A stretch of 64,000 nt of DNA, from the sequence record MZ560701; one strand, 5' to 3'. A program made the translations under genes and the position numbers. This document shows positions 27,536 through 36,985 of the stretch, piece by piece. Origin of the DNA: Escherichia phage vB_EcoM_TU01. The first letter of the stretch is position 1; each line of letters starts with the position of its first letter. Under the pieces are notes generated by a model, which was not told the DNA's origin, did no database searches, and was given only the letters and a program-made list of their open reading frames with translations.

Positions 27536-27715
27536 ATGAAAACTGCATTATTTTTTGGCGAAAGAACAAACGGTCAAAAATCTTGGAAATTTGTTATAAT
27601 TGGTGCTCCAAACAATCCGAACATGAGGACTTCAATCATTTCGGTAACACGTCCTACTAAAAGAATGATTCGTCAATATAAACGTTTTCATCGAGACTTT
27701 TATAACGTTTACTAA
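27536..27715 (+). CDS. small basic protein, RPTKRQ-tail family copy 2
   Basis: C-terminal VTRPTKRMIRQYKRFHRDFY. Confidence 0.5.
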   Translation: MKTALFFGERTNGQKSWKFVIIGAPNNPNMRTSIISVTRPTKRMIRQYKRFHRDFYNVY

Positions 27716-27717
27716 AT

Positions 27718-27753
27718 TATAAATACCCTTATCTANTANGGTAAGGGTTTATC
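27718..27753 (+). promoter_or_regulatory. late promoter TATAAATA plus hairpin overlapping the gene 49 RBS
   Basis: TATAAATA at 27718-27725; inverted repeat ccctta/taaggg just before ATG 27754. Confidence 0.45.
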
Positions 27754-28227
27754 ATGTTATTATCAGGCAAATTATANAAAGAAGAAAAACAAAAATTTTA
27801 TGATGCACAGAACGGTAAGTGTCCTATTTGCCACCGTGAATTAGACCCTGATGTTCAAGGTAACCATCTTGACCACGACCACGAATTAAACGGGCCAAAA
27901 GCAGGTAGAGTTCGTGGGTTACTCTGTAATCTGTGCAACGCAGCAGAAGGTCAAATGAAGCATAAGTTCAACCGTTCCGGTCTTAAAGGACGTGATGTCG
28001 ACTACCTCGAATGGCTTGAAGCTCTTCTTGCTTATTTGAAACAAGATTATTCTGATAATAATATCCATCCTAATTTTGTTCCAGACAAAACTAAAGAGTT
28101 CTCAAGACTAGGTAAAGAGGAAATGATGGCTGAGATGCTTCAAAGAGGATTTGAATATAATGAATCTGATACCAAAACACAATTAATAGCTTCATTCAAA
28201 AAGCAGCTTAGAAAGAGTTTAAAATGA
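27754..28227 (+). CDS. 49: endonuclease VII (Holliday-junction resolvase)
   Basis: MLLSGKLxKEEKQKFYDAQNGKCPICHRELDPDVQGNHLDHDHELNG closely matches T4 gp49 (157 aa). Confidence 0.95.
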   Translation: MLLSGKLXKEEKQKFYDAQNGKCPICHRELDPDVQGNHLDHDHELNGPKAGRVRGLLCNLCNAAEGQMKHKFNRSGLKGRDVDYLEWLEALLAYLKQDYSDNNIHPNFVPDKTKEFSRLGKEEMMAEMLQRGFEYNESDTKTQLIASFKKQLRKSLK

Positions 28228-30041
28228 AAATTGAAAAAGAAATTGAAGGATTAATTCATAAAACTAATAAAGATCTTTTGAACGAGAATGCTAATAAAGA
28301 TTCTCGTGTTTTTCCAACTCAACGGGACCTTATGGCTGGTATTGTGTCTAAGCACATTGCCAAAAATATGGTCCCGTCTTTTATTATGAAAGCGCATGAA
28401 AGCGGAATTATCCATTTCCATGATATTGATTATTCCCCTGCTCTTCCGTTTACTAATTGCTGTTTAGTCGATTTAAAAGGNATGCTTGAGAACGGATTTA
28501 ANNTAGGCAATGCTCAAATTGAAACGCCTAAATCGATTGGTGTTGCTACTGCAATTATGGCACAAATTACCGCACAGGTTGCTTCACATCAGTACGGCGG
28601 AACGACTTTTGCTAATGTAGATAAAGTACTTTCTCCTTATGTTAAACGCACCTATGCAAAACATATTGAGGATGCAGAAAAATGGCAAATCGCTGATGCG
28701 TTGAATTATGCCCAATCTAAAACAGAAAAAGATGTATACGATGCATTCCAAGCTTATGAATATGAAGTAAATACTCTCTTTAGTTCAAACGGACAAACGC
28801 CTTTTGTAACAATTACATTTGGTACTGGAACTGACTGGACTGAACGAATGATTCAGAAAGCAATTCTGAAAAATCGTATTAAAGGTCTTGGTCGTGATGG
28901 GATAACTCCTATTTTCCCTAAACTTGTTATGTTCGTTGAAGAAGGTGTCAATCTTTATAAAGACGACCCGAACTACGATATTAAGCAGCTTGCTCTAGAG
29001 TGTGCAAGCAAAAGAATGTATCCTGATATTATTTCAGTTAAGAACAATAAAGCTATCACGGGTTCATCTATTCCTGTTTCTCCAATGGGTTGCCGTAGTT
29101 TCTTAAGTGTATGGAAAGATTCGACTGGTAATGAAATTCTTGATGGACGTAATAATCTTGGTGTTGTAACACTGAATCTTCCTCGTATTGCATTAGATTC
29201 TTATATTGGAACACAGTTCAATGAACAGAAATTTNTCGANNTNTTNAATGAACGAATGGATCTGTGTTTTGAAGCTTTGATGTGTAGAATTAGTTCTTTA
29301 AAGGGAGTTAAAGCAACTGTTGCTCCTATTCTTTACCAAGAAGGTGCATTCGGGGTTCGTCTTAAACCTGATGACGACATAATTGAGTTATTTAAAAACG
29401 GTAGAAGTTCAGTGTCTTTAGGATACATTGGTATTCACGAATTGAATATTCTTGTCGGACGTGATATTGGACAGGAAATTTTAACTAAAATGAATGCTCG
29501 TCTTAAGCAGTGGACTGAAAGAACTGGTTTTGCTTTTAGCTTGTATTCTACACCTGCTGAAAACCTNTGNTATCGCTTCTGTAAACTTGATACTGAGAAA
29601 TATGGAAGTGTAAANGATGTTACTGATAAAGGCTGGTACACTAACAGTTTCCACGTTTCAGTAGAAGAAAATATCACTCCGTTTGAAAAGATTTCTCGCG
29701 AAGCCCCATATCATTTCATTGCGACAGGCGGNCACATTTCTTATGTTGAACTTCCTGATATGAAAAATAACCTAAAAGGTCTTGAGGCTGTCTGGGATTA
29801 TGCTGCGCAACATTTAGATTATTTTGGTGTTAATATGCCAGTAGATAAATGTTTTACGTGTGGAAGTACCCATGAAATGACTCCTACTGAAAACGGATTT
29901 GTTTGTTCTATTTGTGGAGAAACTGATCCTAAAAAGATGAACACAATAAGAAGAACTTGTGGTTATNTTGGAAATCCGAACGAACGCGGATTTAATCTCG
30001 GCAAAAATAAAGAAATCATGCATAGGGTTAAACACCAATGA
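28224..30041 (+). CDS. nrdD: anaerobic ribonucleoside-triphosphate reductase
   Basis: 605 aa uninterrupted ORF; C-terminal glycyl-radical region RTCGYxG; matches T4 NrdD. Confidence 0.95.
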   Translation: MKIEKEIEGLIHKTNKDLLNENANKDSRVFPTQRDLMAGIVSKHIAKNMVPSFIMKAHESGIIHFHDIDYSPALPFTNCCLVDLKXMLENGFXXGNAQIETPKSIGVATAIMAQITAQVASHQYGGTTFANVDKVLSPYVKRTYAKHIEDAEKWQIADALNYAQSKTEKDVYDAFQAYEYEVNTLFSSNGQTPFVTITFGTGTDWTERMIQKAILKNRIKGLGRDGITPIFPKLVMFVEEGVNLYKDDPNYDIKQLALECASKRMYPDIISVKNNKAITGSSIPVSPMGCRSFLSVWKDSTGNEILDGRNNLGVVTLNLPRIALDSYIGTQFNEQKFXXXXNERMDLCFEALMCRISSLKGVKATVAPILYQEGAFGVRLKPDDDIIELFKNGRSSVSLGYIGIHELNILVGRDIGQEILTKMNARLKQWTERTGFAFSLYSTPAENXXYRFCKLDTEKYGSVXDVTDKGWYTNSFHVSVEENITPFEKISREAPYHFIATGXHISYVELPDMKNNLKGLEAVWDYAAQHLDYFGVNMPVDKCFTCGSTHEMTPTENGFVCSICGETDPKKMNTIRRTCGYXGNPNERGFNLGKNKEIMHRVKHQ

Positions 30042-30508
30042 ATTATGATAGATTTTATCCTTGTGATTTTGTGAATGGCCCTGGATGCAGGGTCGTTCTT
30101 TTCGTTACAGGTTGTTTGCATAAATGCGAAGGGTGTTATAATAAATCAACATGGAACGCTAGAAATGGTATTCCATTCACTGGTGAAACACTAGAGCAAT
30201 TAATTGAATGTTTGAATAATGATTATATAGAAGGATTAACTATAACTGGAGGAGACCCTCTCTATCCTGATAACCGAGATGTTGTTCATTGCATTGCTCA
30301 AACAGTAAAAAATCTTTATCCNAATAAAAGCATTTGGTTGTGGACAGGATATAAGTTTGAAGATATTAAACAACTAGAAATGCTTAAATATGTTGATGTT
30401 ATTATTGATGGGAAGTATGAGAAAAATCTTCCGACCAAAAAGCTGTGGCGAGGATCAGATAATCAGCGACTTTGGTCAAATACCGATGGGGTGTGGAAAC
30501 ATGATTAA
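30038..30508 (+). CDS. nrdG: anaerobic RNR activating enzyme (radical SAM)
   Basis: CLHKCEGCYNK CxxxCxxC motif; 156 aa as in T4. Confidence 0.9.
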   Translation: MNYDRFYPCDFVNGPGCRVVLFVTGCLHKCEGCYNKSTWNARNGIPFTGETLEQLIECLNNDYIEGLTITGGDPLYPDNRDVVHCIAQTVKNLYXNKSIWLWTGYKFEDIKQLEMLKYVDVIIDGKYEKNLPTKKLWRGSDNQRLWSNTDGVWKHD

Positions 30509-30618
30509 ATTGAATTATATTATGGATACTATAAATGATATGATTTTTCATTTTGGTCCAGAGTTTTATTCGCAATATAGTTTAGTGTTTATCAATGCTT
30601 GGTTAATTAAGGGTAAAT

Positions 30619-30834
30619 ATGTGTAAATTTCGTAAAGGTTTAGCTGATTTTCTTACAACTGTAACGTTCTTTTTGTTTATGGCAGTTGGAGCTATTTTTC
30701 TTATTCCTTTTACTGTTGTATTTTTCGTGATTAGTTTAATTTCTCCTGAAAAGGGTTTATCCTCCAGCGAATTCAATGAACGTTTGGACAAAATTACTAA
30801 TAAACTGAATTCTGTTCTTGATAAAAAGGNTTAA
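30619..30834 (+). CDS. hypothetical membrane protein (71 aa)
   Basis: Hydrophobic N-terminal half. Confidence 0.45.
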   Translation: MCKFRKGLADFLTTVTFFLFMAVGAIFLIPFTVVFFVISLISPEKGLSSSEFNERLDKITNKLNSVLDKKX

Positions 30835-30836
30835 TT

Positions 30837-31154
30837 ATGATTAGTTTTGANCGNTATGTGGTAGAGAGTTGGAATGGTTTTGATATGTTCGGTAATGACT
30901 ATTATTTCTATGAATGTAGTCTAAATCCTAGTTTTTGGGCNGGACGTGAACGNGAACTCGAAGAAATTAATAATCGTGCTGAATTGTTAGGTGAATTACC
31001 TACGGTTTATTTTACCTTTGATGCATCTGGATTTGTTATCCAGGTTTATTTTCCTGAAGAAAATTCTGGNGATGATTCTGTTAANCCGCCATATTGGGCT
31101 TATCAAGGAATTATTTCTCGTGGAACAAAACTCGAACTTAAAGAACAAGATTGA
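30837..31154 (+). CDS. hypothetical protein (105 aa)
   Basis: ORF. Confidence 0.45.
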   Translation: MISFXXYVVESWNGFDMFGNDYYFYECSLNPSFWXGREXELEEINNRAELLGELPTVYFTFDASGFVIQVYFPEENSXDDSVXPPYWAYQGIISRGTKLELKEQD

Positions 31155-31443
31155 AATTTATGGCATCCCTGAAGAAGTAGGACGTTGTCCAGGATGTTAT
31201 ACTGTTACAAAACTTTTAAAGGAGCTCAATGCTCCTTATACATTTTATAAAGTCCTCACTAATAATGGTAAGATTGAATATGACCGTCCTTTAATCGTAT
31301 CTCTTGCTAAACGTGCAGGATTCACTTCACTTAATATTCGTTATCCTGTCATATTTTTAAATGATAAGAAACAAAAGAATATTGCAGAGTTTAAAAAGTC
31401 CTTGATTTCATTAGGATATGACTCTGATATCATAGAAGATTGA
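31120..31443 (+). CDS. glutaredoxin-like protein (NrdH-like, CPGC)
   Basis: KIEIYGIPEEVGRCPGCY thioredoxin-fold start; no in-frame ATG, GTG 31120 assumed. Confidence 0.5.
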   Translation: MEQNSNLKNKIEIYGIPEEVGRCPGCYTVTKLLKELNAPYTFYKVLTNNGKIEYDRPLIVSLAKRAGFTSLNIRYPVIFLNDKKQKNIAEFKKSLISLGYDSDIIED

Positions 31444-31468
31444 CCAGGTGCCGCCTGGTCTTCTTTAT
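31442..31468 (+). terminator. rho-independent terminator
   Basis: gaccagg-tgccg-cctggtc then T-rich. Confidence 0.55.
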
Positions 31469-31551
31469 CTCATTTCTAATATAATCCATTGGAATCTTCA
31501 CTTCACTATCTCCTTGTGCCCCTCTCAAATCGAAAATATTTTCATAAAACA

Positions 31552-31580
31552 GTTTACATCCTCAATAGATGTGTTAAGAT
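31552..31580 (+). promoter_or_regulatory. early promoter
   Basis: GTTTAC, 17 nt, TAAGAT. Confidence 0.45.
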
Positions 31581-31608
31581 TAAACCATCTACTATAGAGG
31601 AAAATAAA

Positions 31609-31791
31609 ATGACAATTGAAGATAAAGAAATTAAGGTCGACCAGTACTATTCTGTCAACGGTAATGCAGTACAGATAACCAGAGTTTCAAGCCTGGATGT
31701 TTGGTACCGTTCAATCAAATATCCAGAAATTGGTGAAATGCTTTGTGACCGTGGTATCTTCTGTTCAATTGCGAAGGAAATTAAGCCATGA
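31609..31791 (+). CDS. hypothetical protein (60 aa)
   Basis: ORF with agagga RBS. Confidence 0.45.
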   Translation: MTIEDKEIKVDQYYSVNGNAVQITRVSSLDVWYRSIKYPEIGEMLCDRGIFCSIAKEIKP

Positions 31792-32036
31792 TTAGTTTAG
31801 ATTCAAAGAAAGTTGTTCTAACCCTTAAAGTTGATGACGAGCGTCTAGTATTCGTTACCATTTCCGATTTGCATGTTGAAATTGCTAATGGCGTCCGTAC
31901 TTATCAAACGTCTAAAACACAATGGGACTATATCCCAATGTTGACGCTTACTCAGCGTTTAGAATCAATCGGTCTTAAAGACCTTTCAGTAAGTGAAGTG
32001 AATTTTATCAAACGCATTGTATCAATCAACCTCTGA
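31788..32036 (+). CDS. hypothetical protein (82 aa)
   Basis: ORF. Confidence 0.45.
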   Translation: MISLDSKKVVLTLKVDDERLVFVTISDLHVEIANGVRTYQTSKTQWDYIPMLTLTQRLESIGLKDLSVSEVNFIKRIVSINL

Positions 32037-32043
32037 GGTACTT

Positions 32044-32337
32044 ATGGGTAAAACGTATCGTCGTAAAGATTTGAAAGTTCGTGATTACGACTATTTTGGT
32101 AAACGTAAAGCTCCTGACGGTGTTAGCCACAAAGACATGGTTGAAAACATATTCCGCTCAGATAAATGGAAACGTATGAAAGGCGTTGATTCCGAAGTCA
32201 AGAACGAAATGAATCGACAACTCCGCAAAGAAGTTCGTAAGTTGAAAAAAGATGTTTACAGTAAAGAAGATTATGATTATAATACTTCTCATACTGAAGC
32301 CAAACGTAAAGCCAACGAATGTTATCGTTACAGTTGA
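32044..32337 (+). CDS. hypothetical basic protein (97 aa)
   Basis: ORF with gagg RBS. Confidence 0.45.
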   Translation: MGKTYRRKDLKVRDYDYFGKRKAPDGVSHKDMVENIFRSDKWKRMKGVDSEVKNEMNRQLRKEVRKLKKDVYSKEDYDYNTSHTEAKRKANECYRYS

Positions 32338-32344
32338 GGAAATT

Positions 32345-32479
32345 ATGAATATCAAACGAATGCTTTTTAAGCAGGGATTATATACTTTAAATGTTAATCC
32401 AAAGGGTGATACAACTAAATGGTCTGTAAATGACTGGATTAAGTTCATCGACGAAAATGGGGCGTGGAACACAAAATGA
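32345..32479 (+). CDS. hypothetical protein (44 aa)
   Basis: Short ORF with gagga RBS. Confidence 0.35.
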   Translation: MNIKRMLFKQGLYTLNVNPKGDTTKWSVNDWIKFIDENGAWNTK

Positions 32480-32676
32480 ATCCTGAAAATATTGTGTCAT
32501 GGCAACTTCGTGAAGAACGTGCCAAATTCTTTGCCAACATGAAACTCAACGGTGTTGAGGATGAAGACTTTTTACGTTGGTTCTGGATTTACAAATACAA
32601 AGAATGCCAACATGCTGTGCTATTGACTTGCGCAGCTATGTACGAAGGCTGGAAAGGCGCTAAAAAGTTCGGTTAA
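32476..32676 (+). CDS. hypothetical protein (66 aa)
   Basis: ORF. Confidence 0.45.
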   Translation: MNPENIVSWQLREERAKFFANMKLNGVEDEDFLRWFWIYKYKECQHAVLLTCAAMYEGWKGAKKFG

Positions 32677-32979
32677 TAATGTACAACGATAGGAAGACAT
32701 GTTATTATCTTCCTATCGTCTTAAAATGAGGAAAATATCATGGCCCAAGAATTAGANNNNNNNNNNNNNNNNNNNNNNNNNNNNNNNNNNNNNNNNNNNN
32801 NNNNNNNNNNNNNNNNNTATGACATTTTAACAGATGCTATTACTGTTAGTTGTGGTGGAAANNNNNNNNNNNNNNNNNNNACTGAAAACAAATACCCAAT
32901 CTATAAAGGCATCTTTGATATGGGTGTTGATATTAGNNNNNNNNNNNNNNNNNNNNNNNNNNNNNNNNNNNNNAAATAA

Positions 32980-33014
32980 TGCACAAACTCTTGAGAGCAG
33001 AGTATAATGCTCTC
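32980..33014 (+). promoter_or_regulatory. sigma70-type promoter with inverted repeat around TATAAT (second copy of the 2371-2414 element)
   Basis: Exact 44-nt repeat 32984-33027. Confidence 0.55.
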
Positions 33015-33045
33015 ATTGGATAATAAAATAACCGAGGAAAATAAT

Positions 33046-33378
33046 ATGTCTACTAAAATCAAAAACGTAGTTAATTCTTTCGCTTTCGATAAAGTTGTTG
33101 CTCTTCTGGAATCCGGCAATATTGTTACTCCTCAAGTTCTTGACGCGTGGGAATTCCGTCTTTATGAAATCATGCAAAAACACGACCAGAAAATTGGACG
33201 TAATTCTATTCGTGAAATTCTAGTACAATATATTCTTTCTGAATTTGACGTTGCTGCATTTGGTGTTGAATCTAAAGCTTATCAGAAACATGAAATCTCT
33301 GAAAAGACTATCCGTCGTATGAAAAATCAACGTAAGAAAAAATTCGTTGACCTGAAAATTGTTAAGGCGGTAAAATGA
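33046..33378 (+). CDS. hypothetical protein (110 aa)
   Basis: ATG 33046 after gagga RBS. Confidence 0.55.
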   Translation: MSTKIKNVVNSFAFDKVVALLESGNIVTPQVLDAWEFRLYEIMQKHDQKIGRNSIREILVQYILSEFDVAAFGVESKAYQKHEISEKTIRRMKNQRKKKFVDLKIVKAVK

Positions 33379-33602
33379 GCGTATTAACAGAAACTTTGAT
33401 TAATGACCTGCGTCTAGCTGGTTACGAAGTTGGTACAAATAGTCTAGGTCTTTCTCAGATTGAAGGGCTTGGATTTATCCTAGAATATGAATTCAAACAA
33501 TGGTGGCTATATGCTACGGCTGACGATGCGTTGAATATTGATTTCGTTGACCAATTTGATTCGTTGGATGCTGCTCTTGAAGCAGCAAAGGAACTAGAAT
33601 GA
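33375..33602 (+). CDS. hypothetical acidic protein (75 aa)
   Basis: ORF. Confidence 0.45.
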   Translation: MSVLTETLINDLRLAGYEVGTNSLGLSQIEGLGFILEYEFKQWWLYATADDALNIDFVDQFDSLDAALEAAKELE

Positions 33603-33868
33603 AATTAACTCGAATCAGTATAACTGAAGAAAAGCTGGGCGAATTTTATGTTGACGAATACATGAAAGTCACGTATTTTCCATTCGTTAAAGGTGTTGGT
33701 TTTTGGGAAACTCATGTATCTCAATTAAACGAAGGCGACTATAACGAAACACATGAGAACTTTTTAGATTTTCTTTATAATGCCGGTCTTACTGAGCTTT
33801 ATATCGATATCCATGAGTTCAAACGTTTAATGGAAAAAGTGTTTCAGGCTTATTGTTTGCTCCGATAG
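33599..33868 (+). CDS. hypothetical protein (89 aa)
   Basis: ORF. Confidence 0.45.
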   Translation: MKLTRISITEEKLGEFYVDEYMKVTYFPFVKGVGFWETHVSQLNEGDYNETHENFLDFLYNAGLTELYIDIHEFKRLMEKVFQAYCLLR

Positions 33869-33940
33869 TATCTCGTGCTTTAAGATAGGTCTCTAAATAT
33901 TATGATATAATAGACCTATGAATTGAGCCAAGAGGTACTT

Positions 33941-34498
33941 ATGACTGAACAAAAACCTAAAAATAACTATGTGAATAATAAAGAGCTTCTCGCCGCTATA
34001 ATCGAGTGGAAAAAGGAGCTCTTAAATAATAAAGACCCAAACAAAATTATTCGTCAGAATGATACCATCGGTTTAGCAATTATGCTTATCGCCGAAGGCC
34101 TGTCCAAACGTTTCAACTTTTCAGGATATACCCAGTCTTGGAAGCAGGAGATGATTGCAGATGGGATTGAAGCCTCTATTAAGGGACTTCATAATTTCGA
34201 CGAAACTAAGTACAATAACCCACATGCATACATAACTCGAGCTTGTTTTAATGCTTTTGTCCAACGTATCAAAAAAGAACGTAAGGAAGTTGCAAAGAAA
34301 TATAGTTACTTCGTTCATAATGTCTACGACAGTCATGACGATGATATGGTAGCGTTGGTAGATGAAACGTTTATTCAAGACATCTACGATAAAATGACGC
34401 ATTATGAAGAATCCGCTTATAAAGCTCCTGGGGCTGAAAAGAAGGAAGTTGTTAGCGATTCGCCTAGTTTGGATTTTTTATATGAGGATGACAATTGA
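33941..34498 (+). CDS. 55: late-transcription sigma factor gp55
   Basis: [51 protein letters not shown] closely matches T4 gp55. Confidence 0.95.
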   Translation: MTEQKPKNNYVNNKELLAAIIEWKKELLNNKDPNKIIRQNDTIGLAIMLIAEGLSKRFNFSGYTQSWKQEMIADGIEASIKGLHNFDETKYNNPHAYITRACFNAFVQRIKKERKEVAKKYSYFVHNVYDSHDDDMVALVDETFIQDIYDKMTHYEESAYKAPGAEKKEVVSDSPSLDFLYEDDN

Positions 34499-34697
34499 CA
34501 TCTCTAACTACTTAGAAGAACCTTTTGACGAAGCAATCCCTTATTTGGTAAAACTGTTGGGTCGTGAATTTAAAATTAATTTTGACATCGACCCTTTGAA
34601 CCCACATGACGTGTCATTTTCGATAAATGGGACTCCGGTTGAGTATGAGTTCTGTATTGAAGAGGACGGACGTTTTTATTTTAATTTAATGAGATAA
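34482..34697 (+). CDS. hypothetical protein
   Basis: ORF overlapping the end of gene 55. Confidence 0.4.
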   Translation: MRMTIDISNYLEEPFDEAIPYLVKLLGREFKINFDIDPLNPHDVSFSINGTPVEYEFCIEEDGRFYFNLMR

Positions 34698-34698
34698 T

Positions 34699-35022
34699 AT
34701 GACTACCGAGATTATTGAAAATAAAGAAGCAGAAGATGCAGTAGCTAAAATGCTACAAGAAATCCAAANGAAAAATGAAGCTGAAGCACGTAAAAAATCC
34801 GAAAAGATTCTTAAAAAGAATCGTTTTGAACTAAACCGTCTTTATGCTCATGCTCAAGAAGCAGCAATTCAAAACAACTTCGAAGCTTACGAATATGCTA
34901 TTAAGAAATCTCGGGATATTCTACGACAACCATATAATGACAAGTTAATTAAAATCCAGTGGATTACTACTCGTCAGGCTATTGAGGACATCATTAATGG
35001 CGCTAGTTCAAACAAAGTTTAA
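34699..35022 (+). CDS. hypothetical protein (107 aa)
   Basis: ORF. Confidence 0.45.
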   Translation: MTTEIIENKEAEDAVAKMLQEIQXKNEAEARKKSEKILKKNRFELNRLYAHAQEAAIQNNFEAYEYAIKKSRDILRQPYNDKLIKIQWITTRQAIEDIINGASSNKV

Positions 35023-35203
35023 ACGTCTGAAGCTGAACGCAGGGTTCACCCTTAAATTGGGAGGTCCTCTTTGTGTTAAAATTTCTGAAAAGGAATATCA
35101 CGACGGTTCTATTACAGAAATTTGTCCGCCTATTGTAAAGGCAGACCCAAAACAACTCGTGTGGGTTGATTCATTTCAAGTTAAGAAATGGTGGAAACGA
35201 TGA
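34997..35203 (+). CDS. hypothetical protein (68 aa)
   Basis: ORF. Confidence 0.4.
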   Translation: MALVQTKFKRLKLNAGFTLKLGGPLCVKISEKEYHDGSITEICPPIVKADPKQLVWVDSFQVKKWWKR

Positions 35204-35242
35204 GAGAAATCGATTTAGGNNTTTTCTGAGAGGTGCTTATGC

Positions 35243-35416
35243 ATGACGAACGACCCGACCTCTGAAAATTTCGATAAAATCCGTAAAGGCAAAGCAGAAA
35301 GAATGAGACGTTTTAAAGAGTCTTATGATAAAGCTAAAGCCGAAGGAACTATTACATACAAGCCCATTCGATTTAAAAGTTCAAATGAGCCTCTGTACGG
35401 TGTACTATGTGGATAG
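35243..35416 (+). CDS. hypothetical small basic protein (57 aa)
   Basis: ORF below track cutoff, followed directly by a terminator. Confidence 0.35.
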   Translation: MTNDPTSENFDKIRKGKAERMRRFKESYDKAKAEGTITYKPIRFKSSNEPLYGVLCG

Positions 35417-35440
35417 GAACTCTTCGGAGTTCCTTTTTTG
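35416..35440 (+). terminator. rho-independent terminator
   Basis: ggaactc-ttcg-gagttcc then T6. Confidence 0.7.
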
Positions 35441-35462
35441 CTTTATAAACGGATGATAGAAT
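35436..35462 (+). promoter_or_regulatory. middle-type promoter (TGCTTTA, 11 nt, TAGAAT)
   Basis: MotA-box-like TGCTTTA at 35439-35445 upstream of gene 47. Confidence 0.45.
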
Positions 35463-35485
35463 GAATTAACTAATGAGGAAATAAT

Positions 35486-36505
35486 ATGAAAATTTTAAAT
35501 TTAGGTGATTGGCATTTAGGTGTTAAAGCCGATGATGAGTGGGTTCAATCCATTCAGTTGGATGGAATTAAACAAGCAATAGAATATTCTAAGAAAAANG
35601 GAATTACTACATGGATTCAATACGGCGATATTTTTGATGTGCGAAAAGCAATCACNCATAAAACTATGGANTTCGCNCGTGAAATAGTTCAAATGCTTGA
35701 TGATGCTGGTATTACCCTACATACTGTNGTAGGAAACCATGATATGCACTTTAAAAATACTTTAACTCCAAATGCTTCTACTGAGCTTTTGGCTAAATAT
35801 CCTAATGTTAAAGTATATGATAAGCCNACTACNGTAGATTTTGATGGATGTTTGATTGATTTAATTCCATGGATGTGTGAAGAAAATACAGGTGAAATCT
35901 TAGAGCACATCAAGACTTCTTCAGCAGCGTATTGTGTTGGGCACTGGGAACTGAATGGCTTTTATTTCTATAAAGGAATGAAGTCTCATGGGCTTGAACC
36001 TGATTTCTTAAAGACCTATAAACAAGTCTGGTCTGGCCACTTCCACACAATCTCTGAAGCTGCTAACGTCAAATATATTGGGACACCATGGACCCTTACT
36101 GCAGGCGATGAGAACGACCCTCGAGGATTCTGGGTATTTGACACTGATGTTGAACGTATGGAATTTATTCCTAATGAAACAACATGGCATCGACGAATCA
36201 CTTATCCGTTTAAAGGCAAAATCAATTATTCTGATTATACTAATCTAGCCGTACGTGTTATAGTATCAGAAATTGATTCAGAGTTGACTAAGTTTGAATC
36301 TGAACTTGAAAAAGTAGTTCACTCTCTTCGTATGGTTTCTAAAGTTGATAACAGTGTTGAATCTGATGATGACCAGGAAATCGAGATTAAATCACTTCAA
36401 GATATCATTAAAGAATATATTGACGCGATTCCAGATATCTCAGACGAAGACAGAGAAGCGCTGGTCAAATATTCCAACGAACTTTATATTGAGGCAACAC
36501 AATGA
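35486..36505 (+). CDS. 47: recombination nuclease subunit gp47 (Mre11-like)
   Basis: MKILNLGDWHLG phosphoesterase start; 339 aa; directly upstream of gp46. Confidence 0.9.
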   Translation: MKILNLGDWHLGVKADDEWVQSIQLDGIKQAIEYSKKXGITTWIQYGDIFDVRKAIXHKTMXFXREIVQMLDDAGITLHTXVGNHDMHFKNTLTPNASTELLAKYPNVKVYDKXTXVDFDGCLIDLIPWMCEENTGEILEHIKTSSAAYCVGHWELNGFYFYKGMKSHGLEPDFLKTYKQVWSGHFHTISEAANVKYIGTPWTLTAGDENDPRGFWVFDTDVERMEFIPNETTWHRRITYPFKGKINYSDYTNLAVRVIVSEIDSELTKFESELEKVVHSLRMVSKVDNSVESDDDQEIEIKSLQDIIKEYIDAIPDISDEDREALVKYSNELYIEATQ

Positions 36506-36759
36506 CTTTAGATGAATTTAACAATGCTGGACTCAGGCTTGAAGTTGAAATGGACGTTAAAGATGATGATGGATTCGAGAACACTATCAAGTATTGGATT
36601 GAGCCATTACGCGTTGAAGGCAATGAAGTTAAAGCAGTTCATGTCTGCACCGACTGGGCTATTGAATTTAGCTTTAATATAATGGACAACGATACTCCTG
36701 GCTCTATTCTTAAAATGGCTGAAGCGTGTATTGAGGATGCGTATAATGACGAAGACTGA
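36502..36759 (+). CDS. hypothetical acidic protein (85 aa)
   Basis: ORF between 47 and 46. Confidence 0.45.
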   Translation: MTLDEFNNAGLRLEVEMDVKDDDGFENTIKYWIEPLRVEGNEVKAVHVCTDWAIEFSFNIMDNDTPGSILKMAEACIEDAYNDED

Positions 36760-36985
36760 TTATGAAATCCATCGTCATGAATTTAGTATTGGTGACGGTT
36801 ATATTGGTATCGTTGAATGGACTGAGAATTACGAGGAATCAACTCCTCGTTTCTTTGGAACAATGTATGTTACCTGTGAGTACGCACCAGGTGTTGTTAT
36901 GTATGCAGAACTAGATGAATATTTTGCTGATAGAGATGACATGTTAAAATATGTAGAGGACTTCATTCGAAGAGAATACATATGA
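36746..36985 (+). CDS. hypothetical protein (79 aa)
   Basis: ORF between 47 and 46. Confidence 0.45.
   Translation: MTKTDYEIHRHEFSIGDGYIGIVEWTENYEESTPRFFGTMYVTCEYAPGVVMYAELDEYFADRDDMLKYVEDFIRREYI

Noticed and set aside
28224-30041. Group I intron or homing endonuclease inside nrdD
   Set aside because: The ORF is continuous and the right length, so no intron is present.
32757-32973. Long runs of n and track ORF 32740..32979
   Set aside because: Masked or unknown bases, not a biological repeat; the ORF cannot be evaluated.
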